DNA of 64,000 nt from Cetorhinus maximus (lineage: Eukaryota): contig NC_135907.1 of assembly GCF_964194155.1 (NCBI RefSeq), positions 9,734,001-9,798,000 of the forward strand, read 5' to 3'. The notes under the pieces are model-generated. The model saw only the letters and a list, made by a program, of their open reading frames with translations. It was not told where the DNA came from and did not search any database. The position numbers and the translations under genes are program-made. Below, one piece after another: positions 14,601 to 29,600 of this stretch. Position 1 is the stretch's first letter; each line of letters opens with the position of its first letter.

Positions 14601-17600
14601 CAGGTGGAGGCGAGTGCAGATTATGAGGTGGGGAGCGGGAGATGGGGAGCGGGAGGCAGGGAGGGGGTGGCTGAGAGTGGGAGGTGAGGGCTCAGGCAAA
14701 CAGCAGACAGGATTATGCAACTGCAAACCAGTATTGTCACCAGCTGATATGCACACAATACTGATGTCAGGAGAAACTTTGCATGTGCTGGCAGACGGAG
14801 TGGGCGCCAAGTGCACATGCGCAACTGTTCCTGATCAGCATTATGCATTCGTGTTCTTGGTATTAGAAATGTAGATTCAGTGAAACTAAAAGGAGGTTAA
14901 ACGCCTTACACTTACCTTGCGTTTAATTAATGGGAATCCATGACCAGGCGCTGGTGGACGAGCTGGTTTTGGTCCTTTCCGTGGTCGGGGTGGAGCAATT
15001 AGTCCAGCCGGACTGGATTTTCTATCGAATGGATTTTCTTTGCATGAAGACTGCAAAAAACAAAACAGTTTCACTTCCTGCACAAAGGCAGATCCCCAAT
15101 TATAACCTGCTAAAGCTCTGTTAATTTTGGAACCGTTCAGAATTTGGGACGGTCAGAGAGCCATAGTGATAGGGATTCGATACTTAGGGCATTTCTGCAG
15201 CTGCAGACGAGACTCCAGGATGGTATGTTGCCTCCCTGGTGCTAAGGTCAAGGGTGTCACTAAGCAGTTGCAGAGCACACTGAGTGGGGAAGGATGAACA
15301 GCCAGTGGTTGCGGTCCATATCGGTACCAACGACATAAGCAGAAAGAGGGTGAGGTCTTGCAGGCAGATTTCAGGGAGCTTAGAGGTAGTAAGCTCTGGA
15401 TCAATCCCGACACCACGTGCTACTGAACACAGAAAGGAGGACAGTGCAGATGGATGCATGGCTGGAAATATGGTGATGGAAATGAAGTTGTTAGATTCCT
15501 GGGGTACCGGGATTGGTTCTGGCGGAGGTGGGATCTGAACAAGCCAGGCAGGTTCCACATCAAAAGGGCTGGGACCAATAACCTTGCAGGGCATTTTGCC
15601 AGTGCTGTTGAGAAGGGTTTAAAATAGCTTAGCAGCGAGGTGGGAACCTAAGTGTAGATTCAGAATGCAGAGAATCTAAGTTGGAAATGTCAGGCAGAAT
15701 GTTTGTATGCAAGTAGGGGAGTCAGAGAAAACAGAGGTTAGGAAATAGACAGCAAAGTTCCTTGATTAGTGGCATGTACTTCTATGCAAGAAATCTAGTG
15801 AGTAAGACAGGTGAGCTGAGGGCACAGACAGGCATTTGGACATCAAGCCTGATGTCATAGCTATTACTGTAATGTGGATTACAAAAAGGCAGGTACGGCA
15901 GCTCAATGTTCCTGGTTATTTTCAGATGCGATAGAGAGTGGGATAAAAAAAGGGGTTCACAATATTGATCAAAGAAACAATTTTCTTTGAACTGAGAAAT
16001 AAAACAGGGAACAATCAAACTTTTGGGAATATACTACTACAGACCCCATAACAGTTGGAGGGAGATAGAAAAGCAATTATACGGGCAAATTGCTGCAAAG
16101 TGCAGAAACAACAGGGCAGGAACAGTGGGGGATTTTAACTACCCCAATATTAACTGGGATAAATTCAGTGTAAAATGTATCAAGGGCACAGAATTCTTAA
16201 AATATATTCAGGAGAATTCTTTTAGCCAGTATGTAGCAAGCCCAACAGGAGAAAGGGCAGTTCTGAATTTAGTTTTAAGGAATGAAGCTGGGCAGGTAGA
16301 AGGGGTAGCAATGGGAGAGCATTTTAGTGGTAACAATCACAATCACATTTAGTGTAGCAAGGGAAAAGGATAAAGAGAAGCCCAGAGTATGATTTTAAAT
16401 TGGGGAAAGGAAAGTTTTGTTAAGCTGAGATGTGTTTTAGTAACATTGGACTGGAAACAGTTACTTGAAGGTAAATCAGTGTCAGAGCAGGGGGTGGTAT
16501 TCGAGGAGATAATAAAGGTTCAGAATAAATATGCTTCCGCAAAGAAAAAGGATGGAAGTCCCAAAACTAGGCCCCACTGTATGTTAATAAGCAAACAGGG
16601 TAGGATAAGGCAAAAAAAGGGAAGCTTATGTCAGGTAAGGAGAGCTCAATGCTGCTGAGCCTGGAGGACTTTAGAAAGTGCAGGGGTGAAGTTAAAAAGA
16701 AAATTAGGAAAGCAAAGAGAGAACATGAAAAAATATTGACAAGTAAAATCAAGGAAGACCCAAAGATACTTCTAAAGCATGTAAAGAGTAAGAGGATGGT
16801 GGAGGGAAGAGCAGGATCAATTAAAGACCAGAAAGGTAACTTATATGGGAGATGGACGACGTGGGATGGGCCTTTATGAATACTTTACGCCTGTCTTCAC
16901 AAAAGAGGGGACGATGCAGACACTGTAGTCAAGGAGCGTGAACTATTACATCATATAAACATAGTGAGAGGAGAAATATTAAGAGGTTCAGTATCTTTGA
17001 AAGTGGATAAATTGCCAGCCTGAATGAAATGTAACCCAGGCTGCTAAGAGAAGCAAGGGAAGAGATTCTGACCATTATTTTCCAATCCTCTCTGGCTACA
17101 GGCTGGAGGACTGCGGATCCTGTATCCTTATTTAAAAAGGGATAGCCTGAATAATTGTAATCGGTGGTGGTCAAATTAGTGGAAAGAATTCTAAGGGAAC
17201 TCACCGCCTGAAAAAGTGTTAGAGGCAGAAACCCTCACTGCATTAAAAAAAAACTTAGTTTGCACTTGGGGTGCTGTAAGCTACAGGGCTATGGTGTAAG
17301 CCGGAAAGTGGGAATAGACAGGATAGCTCTTTTTCAGCTGGAACAGATGTAATGGGCTGAATGGCCTCCTTCTGTGTGGTAAATAGTCTATGTTCCTTTA
17401 GATTGGAAAATTGGCATAGCACTCCACCATTTAAGAAAGGTGACAGGAAGAAACCAGGAAATTAACCAGGAAGTTAGCTCAACATCTGTTATCAGGAAAT
17501 TACTAGAGTGTATAACTAAGGCCAGAGTGCCTGAACTCCTCAGAAATTTTCAGTTGATCAGAAAGTGGCAATATGGATTTGTAAAGGGTAGGTCATGCCT

Positions 17601-20600
17601 GAGCAAGCTGACTGAATTTTTTTGAAGATGAGGCCAAAATAGTGGATAGGAAATAGCTATGGATGTTATTTTTATGGACTTCCAGAAGGCATTTGATAAA
17701 GTAACTCATAGCTAAAGTTCATGGATGCTCATGGAATTAGAGGCAAATTATTGGCCTGGTTAGGAAATTGGCTGAATGGCAGGAAACAGACAGTAGGGAT
17801 AATGGGCAAGTACTCGGAATTGGCCGCATGTGACTAGTCATGTCCCACAAGGATCTGAGTTGGGGCCTCAACTAGTCACCATATTTACTAACAACTTGGA
17901 TGATGGGATAGAAAGCCACTGATCCAAGTTTACCAATGGCACAAAGATGGACGGCACTGTAAGCAGTATAGATGGAAGCATAAAATTACAAAGAGATATT
18001 GACAGATTATTTGAATGGGTAAAATTATGGCAAATGGATTTCAATGCAGACAAATGTGAGACCATCTGCAATGGACCCAACATGGAAAGAAGAGTACTTT
18101 TTAAATGGCGAAGAGCTAGAAATGGAAGAAATGTCCATGTACATACATCATTAAAATGTCATGAACAGGAGCAGAAACTAATCCAAAAGGATAAAGGAAT
18201 GTTGACCTTTAAATCAACAGGGCAAGAATACAAGAGGATAGCAGTCATGCTTCAGTTATACAAAGCCCTAGTTAGATCACATCAGGAGCATTTCTGGACA
18301 CCACAGTGCAGCATAGGTTTACTGGAGTGATTTTTAAAAAAATCTTTCATGGGATGTGGGAGTTGTTGGCAAAGCCAACATTGGTTACCCATCCCTAATT
18401 GCCCTTGAACTGTGTCTTGCTGGGCCATTTCAGAGGGTAGTTAAGAATCAACCACATTGCTGTGGGTCTGGAGTCACATGTAGGCCAAACCAGATAAGGA
18501 CAGCAGATTTCCTTCCCTAAAGGACATTAGTGAACCAGATGGGTTTTTACAACAATTGATGGTCACCATTACTGAGACTAGCTTTCAATTGCAGATTTAT
18601 TAACTGAATTCAAAATCCACCATCTGCCAGGGTAGGATTTGAATCCATGTCTTCAGAACATTAGCTGGGTCTCTGGATTACCAGTCTAGTGACTACGCCA
18701 CCGTCTCCCCTTGTTCTAGTCTCTCCCACAAAAGGGATCATCCTTTCAGCATCTACCCCTGTCAAAATCCCCTCAGGATCTTATATGTTTCAATCAGATC
18801 TCCTCTCACGCTTCTAAATTTCAATGGACACAGGTCCAGCCAGTCCAACTTGTCCTCACTGGATAGTCCCCCCGACCCAGGTACCAGTCAAGTATTTCCA
18901 GCACTTTGTTTTCATTTCAGATTTCCAGTATCTACAGTATTTTGCTTTTAATTCTAATTACTTCTTCATTTGTCCAACCTGCAATACAAGGTGCAAACAT
19001 AGGTAGCACAGGAACTGGTGGTAAGATACTGAGAATAGGTCTAAATACTTGGAGCGCTGCTGTGACTGAAATGTCTTTCCTCCCAAGCTGCTTGACCAGG
19101 ACATGCTTCACAATAGGCTGCGAGCTAAAACTGAGCTGGATAAATTGCAGGCAGACACAAGGGGTTAAGGGGAATTCTTGGAATGATGGGCAGGACACCC
19201 ACCAACCAGTGCATTAAACTGTAAATAAATAACCTTTGTCTGATAGCTGCCTCGCACATAGGAAACCACTCTTTGCTGCTCCAAGAGGAAATCTACATAG
19301 AACACACCCTGACATTCCTGGTGACTTCTGTCCTGACAGAAGGAAATGCACAGTACTATATGCTTATCCAACACCATTATAACCTACCTTTGGCTGAAGG
19401 TCAGTGCTGGAGTGTTTTGGACTGTTTGTTTCAGGTGACGGATGAGCAGGTAACCTAGGACTACGGCTGGCGGGAGGTTTAGGTGGAAGTCTGTGATGAC
19501 TGGGTGGTGTAGGACTCTCGGTAATCAAATGGGTATTCTCACTGGCTGCAAGACTCCCGCTGGCTAATGCTGGACTCTCGTGGGCTGGTGCAATACTCTC
19601 ACTGGCCGCTGCTGGACTTCCGCTGGCTAATGCTGGACTCTCGTGGGCTGGTGCAATACTCTCGCTGGCCGCTGCTGGACTCCCGCTGGCTAATGCTGGA
19701 CTCTCGTGGGCTGGTGCAATACTCTCACTGGCCGCTGCTGGACTCCCGCTGGCTAATGCTGGACTCTCGTGGGCTGGTGCAATACTCTCGCTGGCCACTG
19801 CTGGACTTCCGCTGGCTAATGCTGGACTCTCGTGGGCTGGTGCAATACTCTCGCTGGCCACTGCTGGACTCCCACTGGCTAATGCTGGACTCTCGTGGGC
19901 TGGTGCAATACTCTCGCTGGCCACTGCTGGACTCCCGCTGGCTAATGCTGGACTCTCGTGGGCTGGTGCAATACTCTCGCTGGCCACTGCCGGACTCCCA
20001 CAAGCCGCTGCTGGACTGTTGTCTGCTGCCTCGGCTTCAAACCTTCTGTGCAGTTCGGGAGTGGACTTTGCAGAATTCCCTGAAATACTCTCCATGCTGA
20101 GGGATGGGGATGGGCTTGGGCTTGTTTCGGAGGCAGAATAATTGTAGGTCTGAAACTGGAGCGAGCGAGAGGCTGAAAAAGATGAATAACTCTGAAGTCT
20201 AAGTCCTCTAAGCTCAGGAATGAAATTAAAATTGGAAATGTATGCTCATTTTATTAAAGTCACTGTAATAAACACAAACCACTGATAAAGCTTTTAAAAG
20301 CAGTTCAACTAGAAAGAATAGAGCAAATGACATTCAATTGTTCATGTGTGCAGTTAACAAGATACGGAAGGTCTCTGCGGGAGGGCTTGTATCCATAATA
20401 CTTTGTATTCCTTACAAAATCAAGGAATAAAATTAACCCTAGCTACATCCTGTAGGGGACACCAGAAGAAACAGCTTCATGATGCCAAAAAAATATAAAA
20501 TTCAGTCATTGTTAGTTCCATTATTTTAAATCACAGTACATTTGACTCTAATATATACAGGTCGAGGAGTTAATTGGAATAGATCTGATCCAAAATCTAG

Positions 20601-23600
20601 TTCTCTGAGTAGCATCGCATTGACACCTTATTTCACCTTAGGATTATGATTCATATTATCAGTTATTGAACAGTATGGGGACACTCCTCAACTTAACCAG
20701 CACCATTATACCTGACAGAGTCGTGAAGGCAGACCTGAATGCAGTTTTGCTGAGAGCAATGTCACTTCAGAAATAACATTGGCCGTACACGAGCAGCCAA
20801 GCTAGTGGTGGAGGGCAAGTGACCCGATGGAATTTATTTAGATTTACTAAATGCTTTCAACAAAGTTCTTTGTGAGGGTGGCAGGGAAGGTAAAGGTTCC
20901 AGGAGTAATGACAAATTGTCTGATGGACTCAGAACTGACTCTGCAACACAAAACAGAGAAACAGGAAAATTGGAAATAATCCTGCTGGGGAAAGACCACC
21001 ACAGTAGCCTGTCCTGGGCCCCTTATTACTTTTAATATTTCTGAATGATGTGAAATAGAGCAAGAATCAGAGAATGATACAGCACAGGAAGAGGCTACTT
21101 GGCAGGCTCTTGGGTACAGCTATGCAATTAATCCCACTCTCCTGCTTTTTTGCCATGGCCCTGCAAACTTTTTCCCTTTGAGTATTGTAAAAGTTACTAT
21201 TGAAATGGCCTCTACCACCCTTCCAGGCCAGTGCATTCCAGATCATGGCGTGTGTAAAACAATGTTCCACGTTGTTCTGAGTTACCGCCCCTTCAGGGTT
21301 ATTACGTTTGCTGATAACAAAGATCTATCTTTAGACAGATTTGGACAATTTTGTAGACAAGCTGCAGCAAACAGATTATAATAAAGTTTTTTTTTACTCG
21401 TTCATGAGACATGGACGTCGCCGGCTAGGCCAACATTTACCATCCCTAATTGCCCTTGTGAAGGTGGTGGTGAGCTGCCTTCTTGAACCGCTGCAGTCCA
21501 TGTGGTGTAGGTACACCCACAGTGCTGTTGGGGGGGGGGGTGGGGGTGGAGTTCCAGGATTTTGACCCAGTCGACAGAATATGTTACAGTAAGAGTGGGA
21601 TAATGGCGGACAGAAACAAGCTTCACTAACATTGTGCTGGTCAGTGGTGAGACCAGATCAGCGGTATATAAACATGTGGACCGTTGAGTATTCTTTATCC
21701 AAAATACTCGGGGCTGATTGCATTTCAGATAATTTTGGTTTCAGATACCACATATAAACTTACATTAAAGTAGCCTAACCCTAGGGTAGCTATAGTCTAA
21801 AGTAAATGAAATGGCCAAAAAAGTAAGATGTATCACTGAATACTAAATACAGGATACCTGAAAAAGTTTCTTTTTGACATGTTCACCGCAAAAATTGTAT
21901 GGTAAACAGTGCAGACAAACAACTAGATTTCCCATGCTAAAGGTCGATGAGGTTCAAAATAAGTGCGGTTTTTGGATTAACTTATAAACAGTTCTTGACC
22001 TGTACATACATACATATATATATTACATATATATTAAGGCATAAAGGCGTATTAAACCATAAAGACACACATAAACCTTAACATCAGCTCATCAGACATG
22101 AAGACTGAGACAGATTGGAGGCTCCAGTTGATGGGGAGGACACATCGGGTTGCTTTTTGTGGATATTTATGTAGGTAGGAAGAATGTAAGGAATATACCT
22201 TTTTATTTCTGCTGGACTGTTGTAAAAAATATATTTTTATTTTCTATTGGACTGGGGATTAAAATTACAATGGCTGCAGGTTGAAAGACATGTCCACTGG
22301 AACAGGATGAGAGATATATACAATGTTGCAGTCCTGGAACAGAAAGTGTCATGAAAGACAGGATGGTGCCGGAAAGGAGTTCCGGACCAAGGGAGCTGCC
22401 TGGCAACAATGTTTTAATTGGCTCTTGATCAGGTGACCAGGTTTTGTGTGAGAAGCAGTGCAGTAGAATAGCTCCTAGCCTGAAAAGAACAAGACCTAAA
22501 ACCTCTTCCTCCTGTGTGTGGAAGATTCTAGTAATTCCACAATATTAGCTAGCTGGCTTTTTCTTCTCATATCTCTAGAACCTGCTTTCTCTCTGAAAAC
22601 CCCTGTCAAGAGGGAAAGGGGAAAATCACCGTCAGAGACATTGAAAGGCAAGTGCTCAACCAGTGAACTAAATACTGAAAGTGCTGGAAGACCACCTTGT
22701 GTCATCAACAAGAAGTGAAAGGAATTTGGAAGACATCGATCAAAATCAACTCATCGAATCCTGTTCTCCAGAATTGGTGCTATTGAACTGTTTTATTCCA
22801 CCCTTAAAATCCATGTTTTTGTGTGTCTTGTATGTATATAGGGATTTAGGAAGGGGTAGAGTTTAGGTTATAGGGTTAGAAATGAACAGTTCATATTTTT
22901 TTCTTTTTGCCACTGGTTAACGACAGTTTGTTCAATAAACAGTTATTTACTTAAGTTTACAAACCTGGTGCTCGTATTCTGTTAACCTAAATGAAACAGT
23001 TATGTAGAATTGAGGCAATCTGGTGGTTTGATCAAACTTTTTTTGCATTTGTTGCGGCTCGGGGAACAGCGGGGCTTGATATTACAGCGCACTATCCCCA
23101 GTGAGACGTGACAAGAAGCTGTAATCAGACCCAGAGAAAGGAGGAAGCAGCAGCCTGAGCCGGGGCCTTGTATGCCACATGATGCAGGTGACATTACCAG
23201 TGCCCAAAATGTCTTAAAGGCCCCCAGGACGTGCTAACCTGGGCCTCTCCTGGTCTGACCTGGAATGGGAAGTCATTTCAAACAGCATCTTGCTACTCAG
23301 TTGTGGAAAGACTGTGCCTGGACAGAGATGGATATGCTTGAACTTCTTCTACAAACCGCAGCACCAGCTCCCTCTCCCAATAGTAAGGAAATACAGAGTA
23401 TACAAAGATAAATACCTAACGGGAAAAGAGAGGTCATGTTATTAACAATAGATGACTTCTGTTTGGGATGCTCTTCAAACTCACATTGGACAAACACTCA
23501 TCAATCATTGAGTACCAGTGTTGCTCTAGACATCTCTGTATGTGACGTGACATTAAATAATCAGGGAAAGATTGCTACTAAAGGTTAACTATCTCGATAG

Positions 23601-26600
23601 AACACAATCCCCCCCTTTAAACATTCTACAAACATCCAACTTGAAACCCCAGAGGACGAAAGAGCAGAAACTCAATGTCGGGCTCACCTGAGGGCGATGC
23701 ATTCGGTACTCGGGGTGCAGGCCGCTTCTTGCTCCTTGGACTGTTGGTCAGCTGAATTCCATACCAGGGGTGGTTTGATCTGGGAGTAGTCTCTGTCGAC
23801 GCTGCACTCTGCACTTTCTCAGACATATCGTTTGTTTCCTGTCCATCATCCACGTCAAACGGGTTTAGGGGTTGGGACTCTGCTGTCTCCTGTTGAGCGC
23901 TGCTGGGTTTGGCTGGTGCTCCAGGCCGGGGTGGCGCCGGCCTTCTCTTTGATTCAGAATTTACCAAAGTAATCCAAGGATGTTCCTTAGATTTGATGTC
24001 TCCTCCTTTCCTGTTTGAAACAAATAAAATGATCAGGTAATATGGCAACGACACTGCCTCCTTTCAAACCGATCTCACTTTCATTCCAGAGGCATACTAT
24101 TACTGTCAGGGTTAGATAGATTCTTGACTAACAAGGAAGTCAAAGGGTATACAGGGGTAGTCAGGAAAGTGGAGTTGAGGCTACAATCAGATCAGCCATG
24201 GCAGGGCAGGCTCGAGGGGCCTACTCCTGCTCCTAATCTGTATGTTTGTATGTTGCTTTGTTAGACTTAATTTTTATAATTGCAGGGTGGTGGAGATAAC
24301 AGGGTCAGAGCTCAGGACTCAAGGCAAAAATACCCAAACAACTTTCAAAACTAGTATGGCCACTGCGTAAAGTTACAAATGCTTCAGTTTGTAAGTAGCG
24401 GCATTATTTAGTGTGAAACTATAGAGCAAATCTGCACCTTAAAGTTGCATCCATTTCCTATCAAGATGTGTAAATACAAGTTTTGGATTAAGGGAATGAT
24501 ATTTTATGGAACACAATAGTCGATTGATTTTAGATTTCATTATGCTTTTGAGGTAGTGGTTACATTCTCTGCCATTTACAAGTCATTTAAGCCTTGTCTG
24601 TGCTTGTATTGGCATAGCAGGCTTTGAAATGATAAACCTCATTCAACAAGAGACTAAGATGACTGCTGGTAACTTGCAAGGTATGGGATTTTTATCCAAA
24701 GCTAACTGCTCAAAGCAACAAGTGTGTGATCACCAACAAACATTCCGCTGGGACTGCATTGGCCATCAAGCAAAGAAAGGGGGAGTGCTGGAGCGATGTA
24801 GTCTACATAATCTCCTTTGCTAAACAGCTTAATCTCAGGCAACCTCCAAACAATACCCATAGCTTCAAGGCCATTCTGAATTCCAAGTTTCTTTCAGTTG
24901 GGGAAGTGAAATGGAAGGAATGCCCTCCAGTTCTGGATATATCAGTAGAACTGCCAGGAAAAGGCAGCAAGAAGCAAGTTGTTTGGGTGGTGGCTTCCTC
25001 TTCCCTCATTGGTTGGTTGGCATGCAACCACTGACTGTGCTAAATCAAACAGGTGAAAGGAAGTCCATTTTTCCTCCTCACAACTTTTTTTAAACCCTAA
25101 AAGCACAAAGCACAACACTCAAAAAAATCTATAGGTTCATGATGTGGAATACTCCAAAGACTTGAAGAATAAAACCCCTGATCTGGGTGGATTCTACCTG
25201 TACATATTAAAAGCTAGAGAATAGACAGCAAAATCATTATTAGATATCTATGAAAATTCATTAAAGGGAATAATTCCAGTGGAATGGCGGACAGCTAATG
25301 TGGTTCCTATATTTTAAAAGGGAGATGGAACTATGGATCAGTTATAGTAGAACACTTGTGTGAGGAAAGATAGTGGGATCTTTACTCAAAGATGTAATAG
25401 AAAAACGTCTAGAAACCGAAAATACAATAGCATGAATTTCAAAAGAACTTCATGCTTGCTCAACCTTACTGAATTGATTTGAAGAACTAATAGAGTAGAT
25501 AAGGGTAATGTCGTAGATACTTGGGCATTTTTTATTCCTTCATGGAGTGTGGGCTTTGCTGGCTAGGCCAGCATTTATTGCAATCGTTAATTGCCCTTGA
25601 GAAGGTGGTGGCAAGCTGCCTTCTTGAACTGCTGAAGACCATGTGGTATGCGTACACCCACAGTGCTGTTCCAGGAAAGTGAGTTCCAGGATTTTGACTC
25701 ATGTTGTGACTCATGTTTCCTATGGTCTCCTGGAATTCATTTTTGTCACCTTCAGGATGGTTGGAGAAGGAATTTCACAGAATTCCTTTTTCCCTTGAAT
25801 TGCTCTGGGGGCCTTGGGGAACATGATGCTTAATTGAAACACAACTGTAAGGAACCAGCCGGTCTTTTCCTGTCTAGTACATTCATACAGCCTGAAATGC
25901 CAAAGGAGGCCAGGCTTCAGGGAATACATTAGCTTGCTGAGCTGAGTGCCACTGGGGTAAGGATTTACCATGAACTGGCAGCAAGTCATGCCAGAGGCCT
26001 GCAGTGCTTCTGTTCTTAGCTGGGCTGGGGAAGACTGCTCTAGGTTTCTCTGACACACCGTTACACCTAGACAATACACAGAGGCTCTGCTGAGGCCAAT
26101 TCCACATGGGTTTTGTACACAGTGTTCATCACTTTGCATCAAAAGGCAGATGCCCAGAGTCAATTTCATTCCCTTCTGTCTCCCTCACCCTACCTATGGG
26201 ATTTCCACTTTCTTTGTAGCTGGACCAGATTGGTCCATCTCTATCAAAATCACGCAAAACAAGTGGCAGAATTTTTGGCAGCCAGTGTGAAACATGCACT
26301 GGAAGGCTCAGCACTGCCGGGGTGGGGGTGGGGGGTGGGCAAGCGCTGAGGTCTGTGCAGGGTGCAATGAAAGCTCCCTGAAGGCAGTGAGTTGCCTCAG
26401 GGAGCTGAAAATTTTTAAATACAAAAATAAAGATTTTGAAATTCTGAAAAAAATGTCCCCACATCAGATTCCCTCACGTGAATAGAGTCTAAGAATTCTG
26501 TCAAAACATTTTTATTTTAATTACTATCAAAAACCTCGTCCCGCCCGTGGATGAGGTTTCCTCAAAAATACGAAGGCCGCCTGGCCGATTCGCCCGCCCG

Positions 26601-29600
26601 CCAACCGTTACGGTTGGACGGGCAGTGAAAACTCTCCCTTAATGAATAAATTAATGGCCTTAATAGGCCTCTTAATTGTTGGCGGGTGCACTGCTGACTG
26701 TCGCACCCACCAGCCGACCGAAACATCGCACAAGTGCGCGATGGCGTCAGGATGCTCGCCCGACGTCATCGCGCACTATTTTACACCCGATCGTATCAGG
26801 CGCCCGCCCGCCTCCCCACCCGCGGGATGTAAAATTCTGCCCAAGGGGCAGCCTCCTACACCTTTTCCACCACCCTGTACAGGGTGCTTATTCTTCAAAT
26901 GGACGCACTCTACAGTTATCCAGCAGAGAAACGGACACTGCACAAAATCCTTATGGGTAGGTTTGAATTTTAACACGGTGGACATCAAGACTATCGTAAA
27001 CAAAAATATCTGCAGATGTCTCCATCCCAAATCTCTCCAACTCAGAATCATTGAGCTGGACTGCAAGTTGGAGAGATCCCAACACATAAGTGAGGGGGAG
27101 ACATTTCTGGACAGTTTTATCCAGAATACAGTCAAACCCCAGGAGAAAACGCACATTCAGGAAAGAGAGAGTGTGACTGACGGGGAGCTGGGTGGGGCAG
27201 GGATTTAGGAGAGGTTGAGAAGGAGGTTCCGCTGACACTTTCCCTGTCCAACAGAGATGATATAATTGTCACCTGTGAGAATAAGGAGGAAGATTGCAGA
27301 AAGGGCAGCCACAATGAAGAGCAAGGCACCTTGGCTCCGAAGACGCTCCAGATTGGGTGGTAGAGCAGAATAGAAATGTGGTAGTAATGGGAGAGCGCTC
27401 TAATCAGTGGGCCAGATAATGTCCTCTGAAGCCAAGAATAAGAATTCCAAAGGGTGTGTTGCCTACCCAGTGCCAGGATAAGGGATATCACATGGCAGCA
27501 GCAGGAGAACTTGGAAAGGGTGAGGATTAATCGAGTTGTTGTGGTCTATTTTGGAACAAATGACATAGTAGGAACAGGGAGGAGGTCCTGCTGAAAAGTA
27601 ACAGGAGTTAGTCTCTAAATGAAAAAGCAGAACCTTGAGGGAAATAATCTCTGGATTATTGCCCAGGCTGTGCATATGATGGCAAAGGACAGACATATCA
27701 GGAACATTAACATGGTTAACAAGAGAATAAATAAGAGTTATAGAACAGGAGCCTAAAAGGGTGGTTAAACATGAAATGAGAGGAAATCCAATTAAAAATA
27801 ACTTAAAATGTCTGCACAGCAATGCACACACAGTGACCATAATAAAACAGGGGATCTGGAGGCAATCATTCACTGGGAGGAACCAGAGATAATAGGGATT
27901 ACTGAGACATGGCTACAGAAAAATCAGGACTGGGAATTAAACATTGCAGGATATAACATATTTAGAAAAGACAGAAAGGGAAATTGGGGAGGTGGAGTAG
28001 CTGTGCTTATTCGCCATCAGCAAGACAAAAATAGAATCCAAACAGATAGAGATAAAAGGTGATAAAGGATCTATCACACTGTTAAGTGTAGTCTACAGAC
28101 CACCTCATAGTGGAAGGGAGGTGGCAGATGATAGATGTAGACAAATCAGGGAATTGAGTAAAAAACGTGGAATAATCATCACGGGGATTTCAACTACCCT
28201 GATATTAATTGCACAGAAGAGGTAGGTAATGGGGATAAGGGAATGGAGTCCCAACGATGTATAAGGACTCCTTTCTAAACCAAAAGCCCAACAAGGGAAA
28301 ATTCGCTATTGGATCTGGCAATAGGGAATTAACCAGAGCAGGTAAAAGTAGGGGAACGTCTAGGCAATAGTGGCCATAATATGCTTTAAGATGATGATAG
28401 AAAAGGACTTAAGTATGATGAAAACCAAGTTAATAGATGGAGTAAAGTGCAATCTAGGGAAAAGCAGCAACTCTTCATATTTAATAATTTGTTGGTAAAA
28501 GGTGTTGTGCCAGGGGACTGGTGGATAGCTAATGTAATTCCTATATTTAATAAGGGACAGATTATGTCCAGGGAATTATAGACCAGTCAGCTTAACATCA
28601 GTTAAAATGATGAAATCCTTACTAAAGAAGAGAACAGAAGAACATTTAGAAATGAGAAATATAATAATGAATAGTCAGCATGGATCTCAAAAGGGAAATC
28701 TTGCTTGACCAACCTTATTGAACTTTTTGAGGATGTATCAGAGTAGACAATGGTAACATAGTAGATGTAATTTATCTGGATTTTCAAAAGGCCTTTGATA
28801 AGGTGCCTCATAATAGACTAATGAATAATGTCAGAGAATGTGGAGTCAGGGGACAAGTGGCAGAATGGATTGCTAGTTGGATTCGAGATAGAAAGTGGAA
28901 AGTGGGAGTAAAAGGTCATTATTCAGAGCGGCAGACAGTGGAAAGTGGTGTTCCACAAGGATCAGTGCAGGTATCACTGCTGTTTACAATTGACATTAGC
29001 GATTTGGACTTTGGAATCAAAACCACAATCTCTAAATTTGCCGAGACACCAAATTGGAGGGGGATAGTCAATACTGAGAAGGACTCCAACAAATTACATA
29101 AATAAACCTAAAGAATGGGCAAACAATTATGAAATGAGTTTCAACACAGCTGAATGTGAGGTAGCACATTTTGGTAGGGAGAATATGAAGGTCACTTATT
29201 GAAGGTGCAAGTTTTGGTTGAGCAGCAAAAGGAACAATGGGATCTCAGGGTATAAATACACCAATCACTAAAAGTTGCAGGACAGAGTAGCAAGGCCATT
29301 TAAAAAGCAAACCAAGCACTAGGCTTTATTTCTAGAGGGATAGAATTTGAAAGTAGGAAACTTAAGCTGAACCCGTATTGAACCATAATTAGACCACACT
29401 TAGAATACTGCATGCAGTTCTGAATGTTTCCTCTTGTGGAAAGAGCATAACTAGAGGCCATCAACGTAAGATGATCACCAAAAAAATCCAATAGGGAAGT
29501 CAGGAGTTCTTTACCCAAAGAGTGGCGAGAATGTGGAACTCATTACCACAGGGAGTGGTTGAAGTGAATAGAATAGATGGATTTAAGGGGAAACTGGATA

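Noticed and set aside
13656-14816. Long Pro/Gly-rich ORFs in several frames
   Set aside because: Products of a stop-free 26-bp minisatellite.
19567-20100. Plus-strand repeat ORF ([11 protein letters not shown]...)
   Set aside because: Antisense shadow of the exon 9 coding repeat.
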